DNA of 64,000 nucleotides from Spirochaetia bacterium (GCA_965226055.1 CBDDCA010000005.1:1-64000), one strand, 5' to 3'; positions 1-10,450 are shown, counted from the first letter of the stretch. The notes: generated by a model from the letters alone, not told the origin. Numbers and translations: made by a program.

Positions 1-150
1 CCTACAAGTACGAAGGTAGTCATTGCTAGCACCCATGTCAGTGCAACTATAGTTAGGTTTTGCTTATATTGAGAGTGTACCCCCCCCCCCCCCGATTTTC
101 ACGGCTTGTAGCTTATCGTTTTGATAGCTATCGTTCATCCATTTCTTCAT
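1..150 (-). pseudogene. 5' end of a probable exported/lipoprotein gene, frameshifted at a G14 tract (runs off window)
   Basis: AAGGAG RBS then ATG at 150 reading MKKWMNDSYQNDKLQAVKI-GGGG. With G14 the frame stops at TAA 66-64. With G13 or G16 it continues VHSQYKQNLTIVALTWVLAMTTFVLVG to the window edge (signal-peptide-like). Confidence 0.65.
80..93. repeat. C14/G14 homopolymer tract
   Basis: 14 consecutive C on the + strand in an AT-rich genome. Confidence 0.95.
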
Positions 151-243
151 AAGAATCTCCTTTTATTATTATGTATTATATCATATTCATTATAACACAA
201 CATACTATTATTGTGTTACTATATTATAGCAAAAAAATATAGC

Positions 244-942
244 TTATTTTAATTCTAAGTAGCGATAAATATCTTTTACTGATTGGATAAAATGAATACT
301 TTTATACTTCTTGTGTTGTTGAATACTAAAAGGTGAAGAAAATATCAAACACTTCATATTTGCTTGCAAAGCACCGTACCCATCATAAAATATATGATTC
401 CCGATGTATAAGCATTCATTATTTGCAACTCCTAATTGTGTAGCTGCTGTATCAAATAAAAAACGATGAGGCTTAAAATACCCATATTGCTCAGAAGAAA
501 TAACGCTTTGAAAATAAGGAAGCAGCTGCCAGTTTTGTAGCTTATCATGTGCCATAAAATCAGAGATAATACCGAGTTTATAATTATGGTGATAGAGATC
601 ACCTATGAGTGTGCGCATCCCCATACGAAGCGGTGTTCTTTTTAAGCCATTTATCCACATATGTTTTATTCTGTGTTCTAAGATATACTCTGATAAATAT
701 TTTGATACACCAGTCTGCTTAATAAATAATTCAAGTGAGAGTTTTTCAAAAAGCTCTTGATTTGTTTCATTATTATTTTCTAGTGTTTTACGTAATTTTC
801 TTCGCATACGATAATAATGGTATATCCACTTAGAAGAGAAAATATAACGAAGCGGGGTACACAATAACATTATTGTATTGGAATAGAGAGTATTGTCAAT
901 ATCAAATATAATTGCCTTAAAGCGATTAGAATTTTTTATCAT
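244..942 (-). CDS. HAD-superfamily hydrolase
   Basis: Motif I FDIDNTL, motif II GIISD, KP motif (YFKPH), motif IV variant IGNHIFYDGYGA. Confidence 0.85.
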   Translation of the reverse strand: MIKNSNRFKAIIFDIDNTLYSNTIMLLCTPLRYIFSSKWIYHYYRMRRKLRKTLENNNETNQELFEKLSLELFIKQTGVSKYLSEYILEHRIKHMWINGLKRTPLRMGMRTLIGDLYHHNYKLGIISDFMAHDKLQNWQLLPYFQSVISSEQYGYFKPHRFLFDTAATQLGVANNECLYIGNHIFYDGYGALQANMKCLIFSSPFSIQQHKKYKSIHFIQSVKDIYRYLELK

Positions 943-2110
943 AAGAAAATGGAACTTTTAGTGGTAACACTCTATAGCTATATTGACGATTAGACAACTG
1001 TTCATCTATTACCATAGATTCAATATCATCAAAACGAGTATTATAAAAATCAAATTCACCTGCAGGAGTAATGTATGGTATATATATTCTCCATGCAACT
1101 GTCTTTTTTATTGTATCACCTTCAATACTTTGTAATTCATCAATGAGGACAAGATAAAAAAATTGAGGATAGCGAATTGTCCACATATATAATTGTGTCT
1201 CTAATTCTTCTAACATGTTTGTAAAGAAAATATACTGAGGAATATTATTTTCAAAATTAGCATATAAACTATGAAAACTATACAAATACTGAACTACATT
1301 ATTTACATAATGATATATAAAATCATCAGACTCTATACTTATTCTTGTTCTATTATCTTCAAGAGGATAAAATTGATAAAAAGAAACTTCATATTCTTTT
1401 AAGAAAGATAACACATTATTTACAAAATCAATAAGCGTATAACTATACCATTGCGCAATCTTATTGAAATCAGAAAAGTATTCTCTATTCTTAAAATCTT
1501 TTACAGTGAAATTTTGTTGTATAAACGCAGCAAAACTCTGATTACTTGCATACAATTCAAAATTATCATCATCTGGAAATAACCAATCCCATTCAATAAT
1601 TTTTCGAGTATTGCGAGTAATATCACTAAATGGCAACTGCATAATATACTTAAATAAAAAAGGGATTTTCACATTTGTAAATAGTGTTGTGCCATTCAAC
1701 ACAAGCGAAACATGAGTTACAAAATCAGCAGGAGAAAAAGAGACATAGCTTTCAGCATTATCAAGAATATGTACTTGAACATATTCAATACTATACTCGT
1801 TATCAATGCGTATTGTCCAGCTTGAACGACTATGCAGTATAAAATTACCATACTGTTCAGGAATAATATCAATGGTTCGTGCTGTATCATCAATAAGAAC
1901 AGAAAATTTCTTACCATCATTTTGCATATAAGTAGTATTAGTATAGTTTTCAAAAATATCTTTTTGATATATTTTATTAAGAATAAACTGACGTACTTCT
2001 ACACTGGTAATAAGATTATATGCAAATACAGGAACACCATGCATAAAAAAGAAAAAACATACAAAAAAGAACAAGCATCTTACTCTACTCTTCATATAAA
2101 GAACCTTCAT
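926..2110 (-). CDS. Hypothetical exported protein
   Basis: 394-aa ORF with a hydrophobic signal ending PVFA; overlaps both neighbours; start may be ATG 2095. Confidence 0.65.
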   Translation of the reverse strand: MKVLYMKSRVRCLFFFVCFFFFMHGVPVFAYNLITSVEVRQFILNKIYQKDIFENYTNTTYMQNDGKKFSVLIDDTARTIDIIPEQYGNFILHSRSSWTIRIDNEYSIEYVQVHILDNAESYVSFSPADFVTHVSLVLNGTTLFTNVKIPFLFKYIMQLPFSDITRNTRKIIEWDWLFPDDDNFELYASNQSFAAFIQQNFTVKDFKNREYFSDFNKIAQWYSYTLIDFVNNVLSFLKEYEVSFYQFYPLEDNRTRISIESDDFIYHYVNNVVQYLYSFHSLYANFENNIPQYIFFTNMLEELETQLYMWTIRYPQFFYLVLIDELQSIEGDTIKKTVAWRIYIPYITPAGEFDFYNTRFDDIESMVIDEQLSNRQYSYRVLPLKVPFSYDKKF

Positions 2111-2453
2111 CTTGCTTTTTGATAGAACTAATGATACTTTTTGCTGCCTCTAAAGTTCCTCGTTGCTTCTCTAATCTATCAAGTAAAGAAAGAAATGAGA
2201 CTCGCATGCTACTTCCTTGTTTACTGGAAAATTCTTGCATAAGTGCTTTAGATGCCCCTTGAAGAGTATAACGTTTTTTATATATCAGAAATTGCAGACG
2301 ATATAATACATACAGCTCCTGATTAGAATACACTCTTTTCCCATGCACATCTTTCTTTACTAATAAGTAGGAAAGATGCTTTTCCCAATACCGTATAATA
2401 TGCGGCTTAATACCCAATATATTTGATACTTGTGTGATAGTATAGGTTTGCAT
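2085..2453 (-). CDS. MerR-family transcriptional regulator
   Basis: YTITQVSNILGIKPHIIRYWEK...GKRVYS HTH signature. Confidence 0.88.
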   Translation of the reverse strand: MQTYTITQVSNILGIKPHIIRYWEKHLSYLLVKKDVHGKRVYSNQELYVLYRLQFLIYKKRYTLQGASKALMQEFSSKQGSSMRVSFLSLLDRLEKQRGTLEAAKSIISSIKKQDEGSLYEE

Positions 2454-2485
2454 ATACTATTACAAGTATATCACAGAAAATTATT

Positions 2486-2560
2486 TTATCTGCTATTCTT
2501 TTTTCTGTTACTTTTTCATCTGCTACTTTTTTATCTGCTATTCTTTCATCTGTTACTTTT
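2486..2560. repeat. Five tandem imperfect 15-bp repeats
   Basis: ttatctgctattctt / ttttctgttactttt / tcatctgctactttt / ttatctgctattctt / tcatctgttactttt; overlaps the stop codon of the PTS fusion gene. Confidence 0.9.
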
Positions 2561-5102
2561 TTAATTTGGGAACAATAATATTCTTAAAGTAATCTTCACA
2601 AATTTTGCGTACTTCTATACCACTTCCCACTCTCATGATACTATCATATAATGTACGTAATTGCTCGGTGTGTAACCTTCGTATAAGATATTTTGTTGAA
2701 GCAACATCTGATGGACTTACCGATACTTCTCGTACTCCCAAAGCAACTAGCACGGTAAGCATTACTGGATCTGCAGCCATATTACCACATACACCTACCT
2801 CTTTATTATATATGTTAGCACCTTTGACTGTAGTATCAATTAATCGTAATATACTAGGATGTAAGCTATCAGCTTCCTTTGAAAGCTCTGGGTGTACTCT
2901 ATCCATAGCAAGCGTATACTGTGTGAGGTCGTTTGTCCCTATTGAAAAAAAGTCAACTTCTTTTGCAAGAAATTCAGCCATAAGAGCTGATGCTGGAGTC
3001 TCTATCATAATCCCCAGCTGAACAGGAGGAGCTTTTAACTCTTCCTGTACTTCTAACGCTATTTCCTTTGCTTTTAAGAATTCAATTGTGCGAGAAATCA
3101 TTGGAAACATAATTCTAAATGTGACATTATTCTTACTTTCAAACTGTTGCAGTGCAGCTCTATATATTGCCCTTAATTGCTTCTTAAATATTGTAATATT
3201 ACTTAGCAGTAAGCGTATTCCTCGTATTCCTAAAAAAGGATTATCTTCCTTCGGTATTTGTAACCAACTTACTGGTTTATCGCCTCCAATATCCATCACT
3301 CGTACTATGATAGGAATATTTTCTAATACATTTGCCACATGAGAATATGCGTTATATTGCTCATCCTCAGTTGGTTCTTTACTACTGTTTACAAACAAAA
3401 ACTCTGTCCTAAATAAGCCTACCCCTTCTCCTCCCTTTTCTAGCACCAAACTAGAATCTGTCACATTAGCAATATTACAAAACACTTCTACACGTTGCTT
3501 ATCTTCGCTTATTGCTTCCATATGTGCTTCTTGTTCTTCCTTATGTTTTTGAGCCTTTTGTTTCTTGCTATATTCTTTTGCTTTCAAAATAAGAGCATCA
3601 CTAGGATTAGTAATTAAGCGATCAGCGACTGCATCTAAAATTACTATCTGTTCCTCTTGTAAGTCAAATATATCACTTCCCATACCAACAAGTGCTGGAA
3701 TACCGAGCGCACGTGCTAATATAGCCATGTGAGAAGTAGCTCCCCCTAAACTAGTACAAATACCTTGTACAGAACTATCATGAAGAGAGGCAGTCTGTGT
3801 TGGAGTAAGCTCCTTTGAAATCAAAATAAATGGAGTATCACTTGGCAATTTCTTTTGTTCTTTGTTCTCTAAAATTCGAAGTAAGCGTATTCGCACATCT
3901 TTCATATCATATGCACGTGCTTGCAACACTAAATCATCAAGTTTTTCTAATACTTGTGCTTGCTGTAATAAGACTTCACTGACAGCATAAGAAGCATCGC
4001 AATCTTTATGTATATATTCCAACATCATATCCACAATAGGAGCATCATTTATAATCATAACATGCCCATCTATAATATCAGCTTCAACTTCTAACTGCTT
4101 TTTCAATAAATCTTCTTTAAGCACTTTCAGTTGCTCAATAGCTGTTGTTTGTGCTTTCTGTAATCTTTCAATTTCCTCTTCTGCAGGTCCAAGAGCTGTC
4201 TTTTTAGCAATAGTAAACTCATCATCTTTAAGAAAAAACACAGGAGCAACCGCTATGCCTGGAGACGCTTTAATTCCCTCTATATACTTACTATCAGCTT
4301 CTATATCCATAGCTTCATAGAGTGCAACATCAGTAGTATCTATCTCTATTGCTTTCTCATGATTAAGCTCATTTTCTATATACAAAATGATTGCATCAAA
4401 GGCTTCCTGTGCCTTATCCCCTTCTGCACTTATAGTTATTTCAGTATTGCAACTAATATTCAATTTTAAGATTGATGGCATGCTTTTTAATGATGCTGAT
4501 GCTTGATCAGTATGAATATACACATCAGTAGTATCATAAGACTGTGCCATACTCGCTAGTTTTGTAGCAGGACGTGCATGCATACCATTCTCACCAAGAA
4601 AAGTAAGCGTTTTATGTATTCCTTTAATCTCTATTTTTTCACTATTTGATTGTACTGTATCTTTGGAAAATGTCTTTATTATTTTATGTATATCTTGTGT
4701 TTTGGATAAGACATCAATAATTTCTTTATCTTCAATAATCATGGTAAGGCGAGTAAGAACATCAAGATGAGCATCTGAACCAGAAGCTATTCCACATACA
4801 AGATGTACACGGTCACCTTTATCATTCCATATTACTCCCTCAGGAAATTGTCCAATAAACATTGCATCTTGTAATATGTGCTGCATGGCATTACGAGTAC
4901 CATGAGGAATAGCAACACCATTCATAAGATAGGTAGACACTTCATCTTCACGCTGAAGCATCCCATCTTTATAGCCTTCAGAAACTTTTCCATTCTTAAT
5001 TAAAAAGTTTGCAATTTGTTCTATTGCATCTTGCTTATTTGATGCCTTTAGACCAATAGCAACATCATGTTCACTAAGTATAAATCTTTTGACCTCACTC
5101 AT
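2553..5102 (-). CDS. Multiphosphoryl transfer protein: EIIA(Fru/Mtl/Asc type)-HPr-Enzyme I fusion
   Basis: EIIA GVAIPHG; HPr GMHARPAT; EI TSHMAILARALGIP, GVGLFRTEFLF, FFSIGTNDLTQY, VGVCG. Confidence 0.93.
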   Translation of the reverse strand: MSEVKRFILSEHDVAIGLKASNKQDAIEQIANFLIKNGKVSEGYKDGMLQREDEVSTYLMNGVAIPHGTRNAMQHILQDAMFIGQFPEGVIWNDKGDRVHLVCGIASGSDAHLDVLTRLTMIIEDKEIIDVLSKTQDIHKIIKTFSKDTVQSNSEKIEIKGIHKTLTFLGENGMHARPATKLASMAQSYDTTDVYIHTDQASASLKSMPSILKLNISCNTEITISAEGDKAQEAFDAIILYIENELNHEKAIEIDTTDVALYEAMDIEADSKYIEGIKASPGIAVAPVFFLKDDEFTIAKKTALGPAEEEIERLQKAQTTAIEQLKVLKEDLLKKQLEVEADIIDGHVMIINDAPIVDMMLEYIHKDCDASYAVSEVLLQQAQVLEKLDDLVLQARAYDMKDVRIRLLRILENKEQKKLPSDTPFILISKELTPTQTASLHDSSVQGICTSLGGATSHMAILARALGIPALVGMGSDIFDLQEEQIVILDAVADRLITNPSDALILKAKEYSKKQKAQKHKEEQEAHMEAISEDKQRVEVFCNIANVTDSSLVLEKGGEGVGLFRTEFLFVNSSKEPTEDEQYNAYSHVANVLENIPIIVRVMDIGGDKPVSWLQIPKEDNPFLGIRGIRLLLSNITIFKKQLRAIYRAALQQFESKNNVTFRIMFPMISRTIEFLKAKEIALEVQEELKAPPVQLGIMIETPASALMAEFLAKEVDFFSIGTNDLTQYTLAMDRVHPELSKEADSLHPSILRLIDTTVKGANIYNKEVGVCGNMAADPVMLTVLVALGVREVSVSPSDVASTKYLIRRLHTEQLRTLYDSIMRVGSGIEVRKICEDYFKNIIVPKLKK

Positions 5103-5153
5103 TCATACCTCCATAAAATGTTTCATTTGTTACAATAAAAAAATTATTCTTAT

Positions 5154-5864
5154 TTACTCTGTATTCTGACCATAATATGCATTTTTGCCATGTTTTCTTT
5201 GATAATGTTTCTCTAAAATATATTGAGGAACAGGAGATACATCTTGGTATAATTGAACAGTCCGAAATGCCATACAAGCAAGCTCTTCTAGTACCACAGC
5301 ATTATGCACAGCATCAGCGGCATCTGTACCCCACGTAAAGGGACCGTGATTTTTTACAAGCACTCCTGGCATCTCTAAAGGACGCAGTTTTTTTTGTTCA
5401 AATGTTTCTACTATCACTTTTCCTGTCTGTAATTCATAATGAGACTCTACCTCGTCTTTTTGTAAGGTTCGAGTACAAGGGATAGTGCCATAAAAATAAT
5501 CTCCATGTGTTGTGCCATAACAAGGAATATCTTTACCTGCTTGAGCCCACGAAGTAGCCCAAGGAGAATGAGTATGTACTATGCCACCTATGTCCCTAAA
5601 ACATCTATATAATTCTAGGTGAGTAGGAGTATCCGAAGATGGACGCAGAACCCCTTCAAGTATATCACCATCCAGAGATACCACTACTATATCATCTACG
5701 CTGAGTGTTTCGTAAGAGACACCACTGGGTTTAATTGCAACAATATTGCGTTCCCTATCTATCTCGCTTACATTTCCCCATGTAAACTTTATAAGATCAT
5801 GCTTTGGAAGTGCCATGTTTGCTTCATATACCTTTTTTCGCATTTCTTGTGCTATACTAGACAT
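5154..5864 (-). CDS. araD: L-ribulose-5-phosphate 4-epimerase
   Basis: TWGNVS, IKPSGV, PSSDTPTH, VHTHS, GTTH, NHGPFTWG, C-terminal RKHGKNAYYGQ; UlaF role from context. Confidence 0.95.
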   Translation of the reverse strand: MSSIAQEMRKKVYEANMALPKHDLIKFTWGNVSEIDRERNIVAIKPSGVSYETLSVDDIVVVSLDGDILEGVLRPSSDTPTHLELYRCFRDIGGIVHTHSPWATSWAQAGKDIPCYGTTHGDYFYGTIPCTRTLQKDEVESHYELQTGKVIVETFEQKKLRPLEMPGVLVKNHGPFTWGTDAADAVHNAVVLEELACMAFRTVQLYQDVSPVPQYILEKHYQRKHGKNAYYGQNTE

Positions 5865-6705
5865 AATAGTGTGCCTCCTTCATTTTTTGTATCACCCATT
5901 CTCGTACTTGTGAAAGACGATATTCTTCTCCTTCTTTTAACCACATTTCAATCAAAAAAGGGCCTCTATACCGAATAGTAGTAAGGTACTGAAATGCTTT
6001 TACAAAATCAACCTCGCCTTCTCCAAGCACTAAGTCTCTAAATTGACCAGCAAAATCTTTTTTGACTGTCAGTATATCTTTTAAGTGCATGCCTACAATA
6101 AGTTCGGGACATACCTGTAAATCTTCAAGCACAGAATTAGGTTGCCATGCCCATATATTTCCAATATCAGGATATACTTTCAACCATGCTGAGGGAATGA
6201 TATCAAAAATATCCTTAAATTTCCGAATTGAATTTATGTAATGATGATCCATAATTTCAATCCCTAAACATACTTGTGCTTGGCTTGCTATATCTAACGA
6301 GCGAGATAGCCCTTCAATAAAATACTCATGAGTATCCTTTCCGCTTTCTTCATAATATACATCGTAGCCAGCTACCTGAATAACACGAATACCTAACTCA
6401 TATGCTAGTGCAATAGCTTTCTTTGATATATCAATAGCTTTTTCTCTTATGTTTCTCTCTCTACTTCCCAGAGGAAATCGTCTATGTCCACTCAAACACA
6501 TAGTAGGAATAGACAATGAAGTATCTTCAACACATCGCTTTAATGTGTGTATATCTTTCGTATTCCAATCTAAACGTGATAGTCTCTCATCACTCTCATC
6601 TATTGACATCTCTATGAAATTATACCCAGCATCATTTGCAAGAAGAAATTTTTCTGTCCATGACAAAGAAGCTGGGAGTGCTTTCTCATAAATTCCAATG
6701 TTCAT
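5857..6705 (-). CDS. ulaE: L-xylulose-5-phosphate 3-epimerase
   Basis: GIYEKAL, EMSIDESDERLSRLDW, MCLSGHRRFPLGS, AGYDVYY, VYPDIGN, IEMW. Confidence 0.93.
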   Translation of the reverse strand: MNIGIYEKALPASLSWTEKFLLANDAGYNFIEMSIDESDERLSRLDWNTKDIHTLKRCVEDTSLSIPTMCLSGHRRFPLGSRERNIREKAIDISKKAIALAYELGIRVIQVAGYDVYYEESGKDTHEYFIEGLSRSLDIASQAQVCLGIEIMDHHYINSIRKFKDIFDIIPSAWLKVYPDIGNIWAWQPNSVLEDLQVCPELIVGMHLKDILTVKKDFAGQFRDLVLGEGEVDFVKAFQYLTTIRYRGPFLIEMWLKEGEEYRLSQVREWVIQKMKEAHYYV

Positions 6706-6737
6706 ACTTTTATGCTATACTACTTTTTATAATAAAA

Positions 6738-7802
6738 TTACAATAAAGAAGGAAATGGTAAATCAGGTTCAATAGCAAAGGCATCTTCAAAGCCACGTCT
6801 ATAATTATAGACAAGAACATCCTTATCATCTGGATATGTAAACTTACCTCCTACTTGCCAAATAAAAGGCTTAAATGTATATTGTAGCCTATCTTTTTTC
6901 ATTTTCCATAACATAAGAATTTCATTTGGATCAGCTTGAAAGTTAGTCCAAATATCATGGTGTATAGGAATGACTACTTTCGTATTTAAGCTTTCTGCCA
7001 TGCGTAATATATCCACACTCGTAATTTTATCAGTCATACCGCGAGGATTTTCCCCATACGAACCAAACGCAACATCAATATCATAATCATTTCCATGCTT
7101 TGCAAAATGATTAGAATAATGAGAGTCACCACTATGATAGATAGTTCCTCCAGGAGTTTTGAAGATATAATTGACTGCCAACTCGTTCATATTTTGTGGC
7201 ATTTTATCCTTTAATATAACCCCTTCAGGAGCAGTAACTAAACATGTTCTATCAAAAGATTCTAATGCTATAATCTCAACATCATTGATAGTAATGCTGT
7301 CTCCAGGATGCATAACCTTACATCTACTTTCTGGTACTCCCCATTTCTTCCATAGGTCAACACAAGATTGCGGACCTATAAAAGGAACATTTTCATCACA
7401 ATTCTGCATTACTGCAGCAGCTACATTTTCATCAATATGATCACCATGATGATGTGTTGCCAACAACGCATCTAATTGTTTAATAGCAAAAGGATCAATT
7501 ACACACGGAACATTTCTTAAATTTGGTTGTAGATCAACACATCCAATCATTCTTTGATGCTGATGTTGCTTTTTCATTAAAGGGTTGGCTTTTGTACGCT
7601 TTCCTGTTTTTACCCATAGATCCATACAGAGATTAGTATTACCTTCTGTCTTTATCCACATACCAGTACAGCCTAACCACCACATGGCAACAGTCCCTTT
7701 TTTCACTTCTTCCTGTTCAATCTCCTCATTCAACCATGTTCCCCATTCAGGAAAAGTACTTAATATCCATGATTCTCGAGTAATTTCTGATACTTTACTC
7801 AT
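6738..7802 (-). CDS. ulaG: L-ascorbate-6-phosphate lactonase
   Basis: [30 protein letters not shown]-terminus; metallo-beta-lactamase [25 protein letters not shown]. Confidence 0.96.
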   Translation of the reverse strand: MSKVSEITRESWILSTFPEWGTWLNEEIEQEEVKKGTVAMWWLGCTGMWIKTEGNTNLCMDLWVKTGKRTKANPLMKKQHQHQRMIGCVDLQPNLRNVPCVIDPFAIKQLDALLATHHHGDHIDENVAAAVMQNCDENVPFIGPQSCVDLWKKWGVPESRCKVMHPGDSITINDVEIIALESFDRTCLVTAPEGVILKDKMPQNMNELAVNYIFKTPGGTIYHSGDSHYSNHFAKHGNDYDIDVAFGSYGENPRGMTDKITSVDILRMAESLNTKVVIPIHHDIWTNFQADPNEILMLWKMKKDRLQYTFKPFIWQVGGKFTYPDDKDVLVYNYRRGFEDAFAIEPDLPFPSLL

Positions 7803-7902
7803 ATATAATCCTCCATATAATTTATTTATTTTGTTTTGTTTCTTTCCAATTATATATTACCATATTTATCAAAAAAAATCAATAGAAAAGAACAAAAAAA
7901 TA

Positions 7903-7931
7903 TTGACTATATGATTTAGTTATACTAAAAT
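7903..7931 (+). promoter_or_regulatory. Sigma70-type promoter of ulaA operon
   Basis: TTGACT (7903-7908), 17-bp spacer, TAAAAT (7926-7931); AGGAGG RBS before ATG 7960. Confidence 0.65.
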
Positions 7932-7959
7932 AATTAATATAAAATATACAGGAGGTATT

Positions 7960-9315
7960 ATGAATCAAATCATTGATTTATTTTTTGAAGGTTTTTTAGG
8001 AGAACCATCAATATTTCTAGGATTTATTACCCTAGTTGGCTATGTCGCTCTTGGGCGTAATGTTGCTCAAATAGTAGCAGGGGTAATAAAAACTATTGTT
8101 GGCTTTAGAATTTTACAAGCAGGTACAGGGCTACTCGTTCGCAATTTTCGCCCTATCCTTAATGCTTTTGTAGAAAAATTCGGAGTACAAGGAGTCTTTT
8201 TATCCCCAGAAGGAGGAGGGCTTCCTGCTGCTACTTCTGCACTGGAAAAAGTAGATGTTGGAGGAGGTGCATCAGCGTATTCATGGGTAGGATATACGCT
8301 TGTGTTTGCGTTTCTACTCAATGTACTGTTTGTAGCGTTACGAAAAATAACAAAAATGAATTCTGTATATGTAACAGGACACCTCATGTTTATTCATTCA
8401 GTTGTTGCTACATGGATTTCTTACTCTATACTTGGGTTTGGTGTAGTAGGAACAGTAGCAGTATCATCACTCTTTTTAGCATTATACTGGGGATATACAG
8501 GAACAATGCTCTTAAAACCAACGAATGAAATTACTGGAGGCGCAGGATTTACTATCGGTCATCAACAAATGTTTGGAGATTGGATAGCATATAAACTTGG
8601 TCCAGTTGTTGGAGATCCTAAAAAGAGTATTGAAGAATATGCAGATAAATTACCTTCAAGCCTTAAAATATTACAAGATAAAGTTGTATCTTCTGGTATT
8701 ATTATGTTTATCTTTATTGGTACAATTATGCTGCTTATGGGACCAGCAACAATAGAAACTATGGACGGATTACCCGGCAAAAACTGGGTAACTCGAGTGA
8801 TACTCACAACACTTGCGTTTCCTGTTGCACTCTCTCTCATTATGTTAGGAGTAAAGATGTTCGTAACAGAAATACAAACATCGTTTGAAGGAATACGACA
8901 AAAACTACTTCCCGGTGCAGCGGTAGGGATTGATGCTGCTGCAATCTATGGTTTTGCACATCCCGTAACTATATTATTTGGGTTTTTGTTCGGTGCTTTA
9001 GGAAGTTTTATTGGAGTTGGAACGCTCATATTATTTAGCTCTCCTATCCTTGCTATTCCCGGATTTATAGCTATGTTCTTTGATAATGCAACTATAGCAG
9101 TGTTTGCTAACAAGTTTGGTGGAGCAAGAGCGGTAGTCATCTTTTGTACCTTATCTGGTTTTATTCAAATTACAGTGGGGGCATTTATGGCGCATTGGAC
9201 AGGGTTGGCATACGCAGATTTCCCTGGTTGGATCAATAATCTTGACTTTGAAACTATATGGTTGGGATTTACAGGGGTACTAAAAGGATTAAGTGGACTA
9301 GGTATAGGAAACTAA
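7960..9315 (+). CDS. ulaA: Ascorbate-specific PTS EIIC component
   Basis: Polytopic membrane protein with YVTGH, GFTIGHQQMFG, GVKMFVTEI, FFDNATIAVFANKFGG (UlaA/SgaT motifs). Confidence 0.93.
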   Translation: MNQIIDLFFEGFLGEPSIFLGFITLVGYVALGRNVAQIVAGVIKTIVGFRILQAGTGLLVRNFRPILNAFVEKFGVQGVFLSPEGGGLPAATSALEKVDVGGGASAYSWVGYTLVFAFLLNVLFVALRKITKMNSVYVTGHLMFIHSVVATWISYSILGFGVVGTVAVSSLFLALYWGYTGTMLLKPTNEITGGAGFTIGHQQMFGDWIAYKLGPVVGDPKKSIEEYADKLPSSLKILQDKVVSSGIIMFIFIGTIMLLMGPATIETMDGLPGKNWVTRVILTTLAFPVALSLIMLGVKMFVTEIQTSFEGIRQKLLPGAAVGIDAAAIYGFAHPVTILFGFLFGALGSFIGVGTLILFSSPILAIPGFIAMFFDNATIAVFANKFGGARAVVIFCTLSGFIQITVGAFMAHWTGLAYADFPGWINNLDFETIWLGFTGVLKGLSGLGIGN

Positions 9316-9336
9316 ATTCTGTATAATAGATATATA

Positions 9337-9367
9337 TCTGGAATGTCTACACCTATGGCATTCCAGA
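9337..9367. terminator. Stem-loop between ulaA and ulaB
   Basis: TCTGGAATGTC...GGCATTCCAGA followed by an A-run; mRNA-stabilising hairpin or minus-strand terminator. Confidence 0.5.
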
Positions 9368-9407
9368 CAAAAAGAAAAAAATACTAATAAAAGTAAGGAG
9401 TTATTGT

Positions 9408-9692
9408 ATGAAAATTTTAGTTATATGTGGTGCAGGAATGGGGACAAGTGTTATGATGAAAATCAAACTTGAACAATTTCTTAAGCAAAATAATATTTCC
9501 GCAGAGTTAGAGAGCTGTTCTTTAGATGAAGGAAAAGGGAGCATGAATGGAAAAGATATTGTCATTTGTTCTGTACATCTTGAAGAAGAACTAAAGCCTA
9601 TCCCTGAAAAAACTACTCTCATTTCTGTAGAAAACATAATGAATATTGATGATTATGGTGCTAAAATACTAGCATTAGTAAACAAGCAATAA
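9408..9692 (+). CDS. ulaB: PTS EIIB component (ascorbate/lactose type)
   Basis: KILVICGAGMGTS P-loop with catalytic Cys; 94 aa; ula context. Confidence 0.9.
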   Translation: MKILVICGAGMGTSVMMKIKLEQFLKQNNISAELESCSLDEGKGSMNGKDIVICSVHLEEELKPIPEKTTLISVENIMNIDDYGAKILALVNKQ

Positions 9693-9712
9693 TTACAACA
9701 AGGAGTGATACT

Positions 9713-10360
9713 ATGTCTCAACCATTATTACAAGTAGCGTTAGATCATACTGATAAAGAAAGTGCATTAAAGACAGCAGCTCTTATCAAAGATCATGTAG
9801 ATGTATTAGAAGCAGGCACTATCTTATGTGCAGCAGAAGGAGCAAGAGTAGTTCGTGATCTTCGTACGCTCAGCCCCAATCAAATATTGTTAGCAGATTA
9901 CAAAGTTGCAGATGCAGGAGGTATTTTTGCTGAAATAGCTTTTTCACATGGAGCAACATGGCTTACAGTAATATGTGCAGCTCCCCTTCCCACTATGAAA
10001 GCCGCACTTGATTGTGCAAAAAAATATAAAGGTGATATTCAAATTGAATTATATGGAAACTGGGATTTTGATGATGCAAAAGATTGGTTAGATATTGGCA
10101 TAACACAAGTTGTATATCATAGAGGAAGAGATGCTCAAAAAGCAGGACAAAGCTGGAGTAACGATGATTTACAAAAAATTGATACTTTATGTAACATGGG
10201 AATGGAAACATCGGTAACTGGTGGGCTTACAGCTTCAGACATCGCTCTTTTTAAGGATTTACCAGTAAAGGCTTTTATATCAGGTCGTTCATTATATGAA
10301 GCATCTGATCCAATACATGCTTGCAAAACATTTAAGGAAGAAATTGCTAAATACTGGTAA
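9713..10360 (+). CDS. ulaD: 3-keto-L-gulonate-6-phosphate decarboxylase
   Basis: PLLQVALD, EAGTILC, ADYKVADAG, QIELYGNW, YHRGRDAQ, SVTGG, FISGR. Confidence 0.95.
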   Translation: MSQPLLQVALDHTDKESALKTAALIKDHVDVLEAGTILCAAEGARVVRDLRTLSPNQILLADYKVADAGGIFAEIAFSHGATWLTVICAAPLPTMKAALDCAKKYKGDIQIELYGNWDFDDAKDWLDIGITQVVYHRGRDAQKAGQSWSNDDLQKIDTLCNMGMETSVTGGLTASDIALFKDLPVKAFISGRSLYEASDPIHACKTFKEEIAKYW

Positions 10361-10394
10361 CTCTATAGGATTATAGTAAGTAATAATTATATTC

Positions 10395-10450
10395 GGCAAC
10401 AAATTGATACCTATCTATTAGTATGTTTCATTGGTATACTTTTTGTTGCT
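10395..10450. terminator. Imperfect inverted repeat downstream of ulaD
   Basis: GGCAACAAA...TTTGTTGCT arms with inner GATACC/GGTATA partial pairing. Confidence 0.4.

Noticed and set aside
2486-2560. 15-bp repeats as a mini-CRISPR or iterons
   Set aside because: Units are contiguous with no spacers, and no rep or cas gene is nearby.
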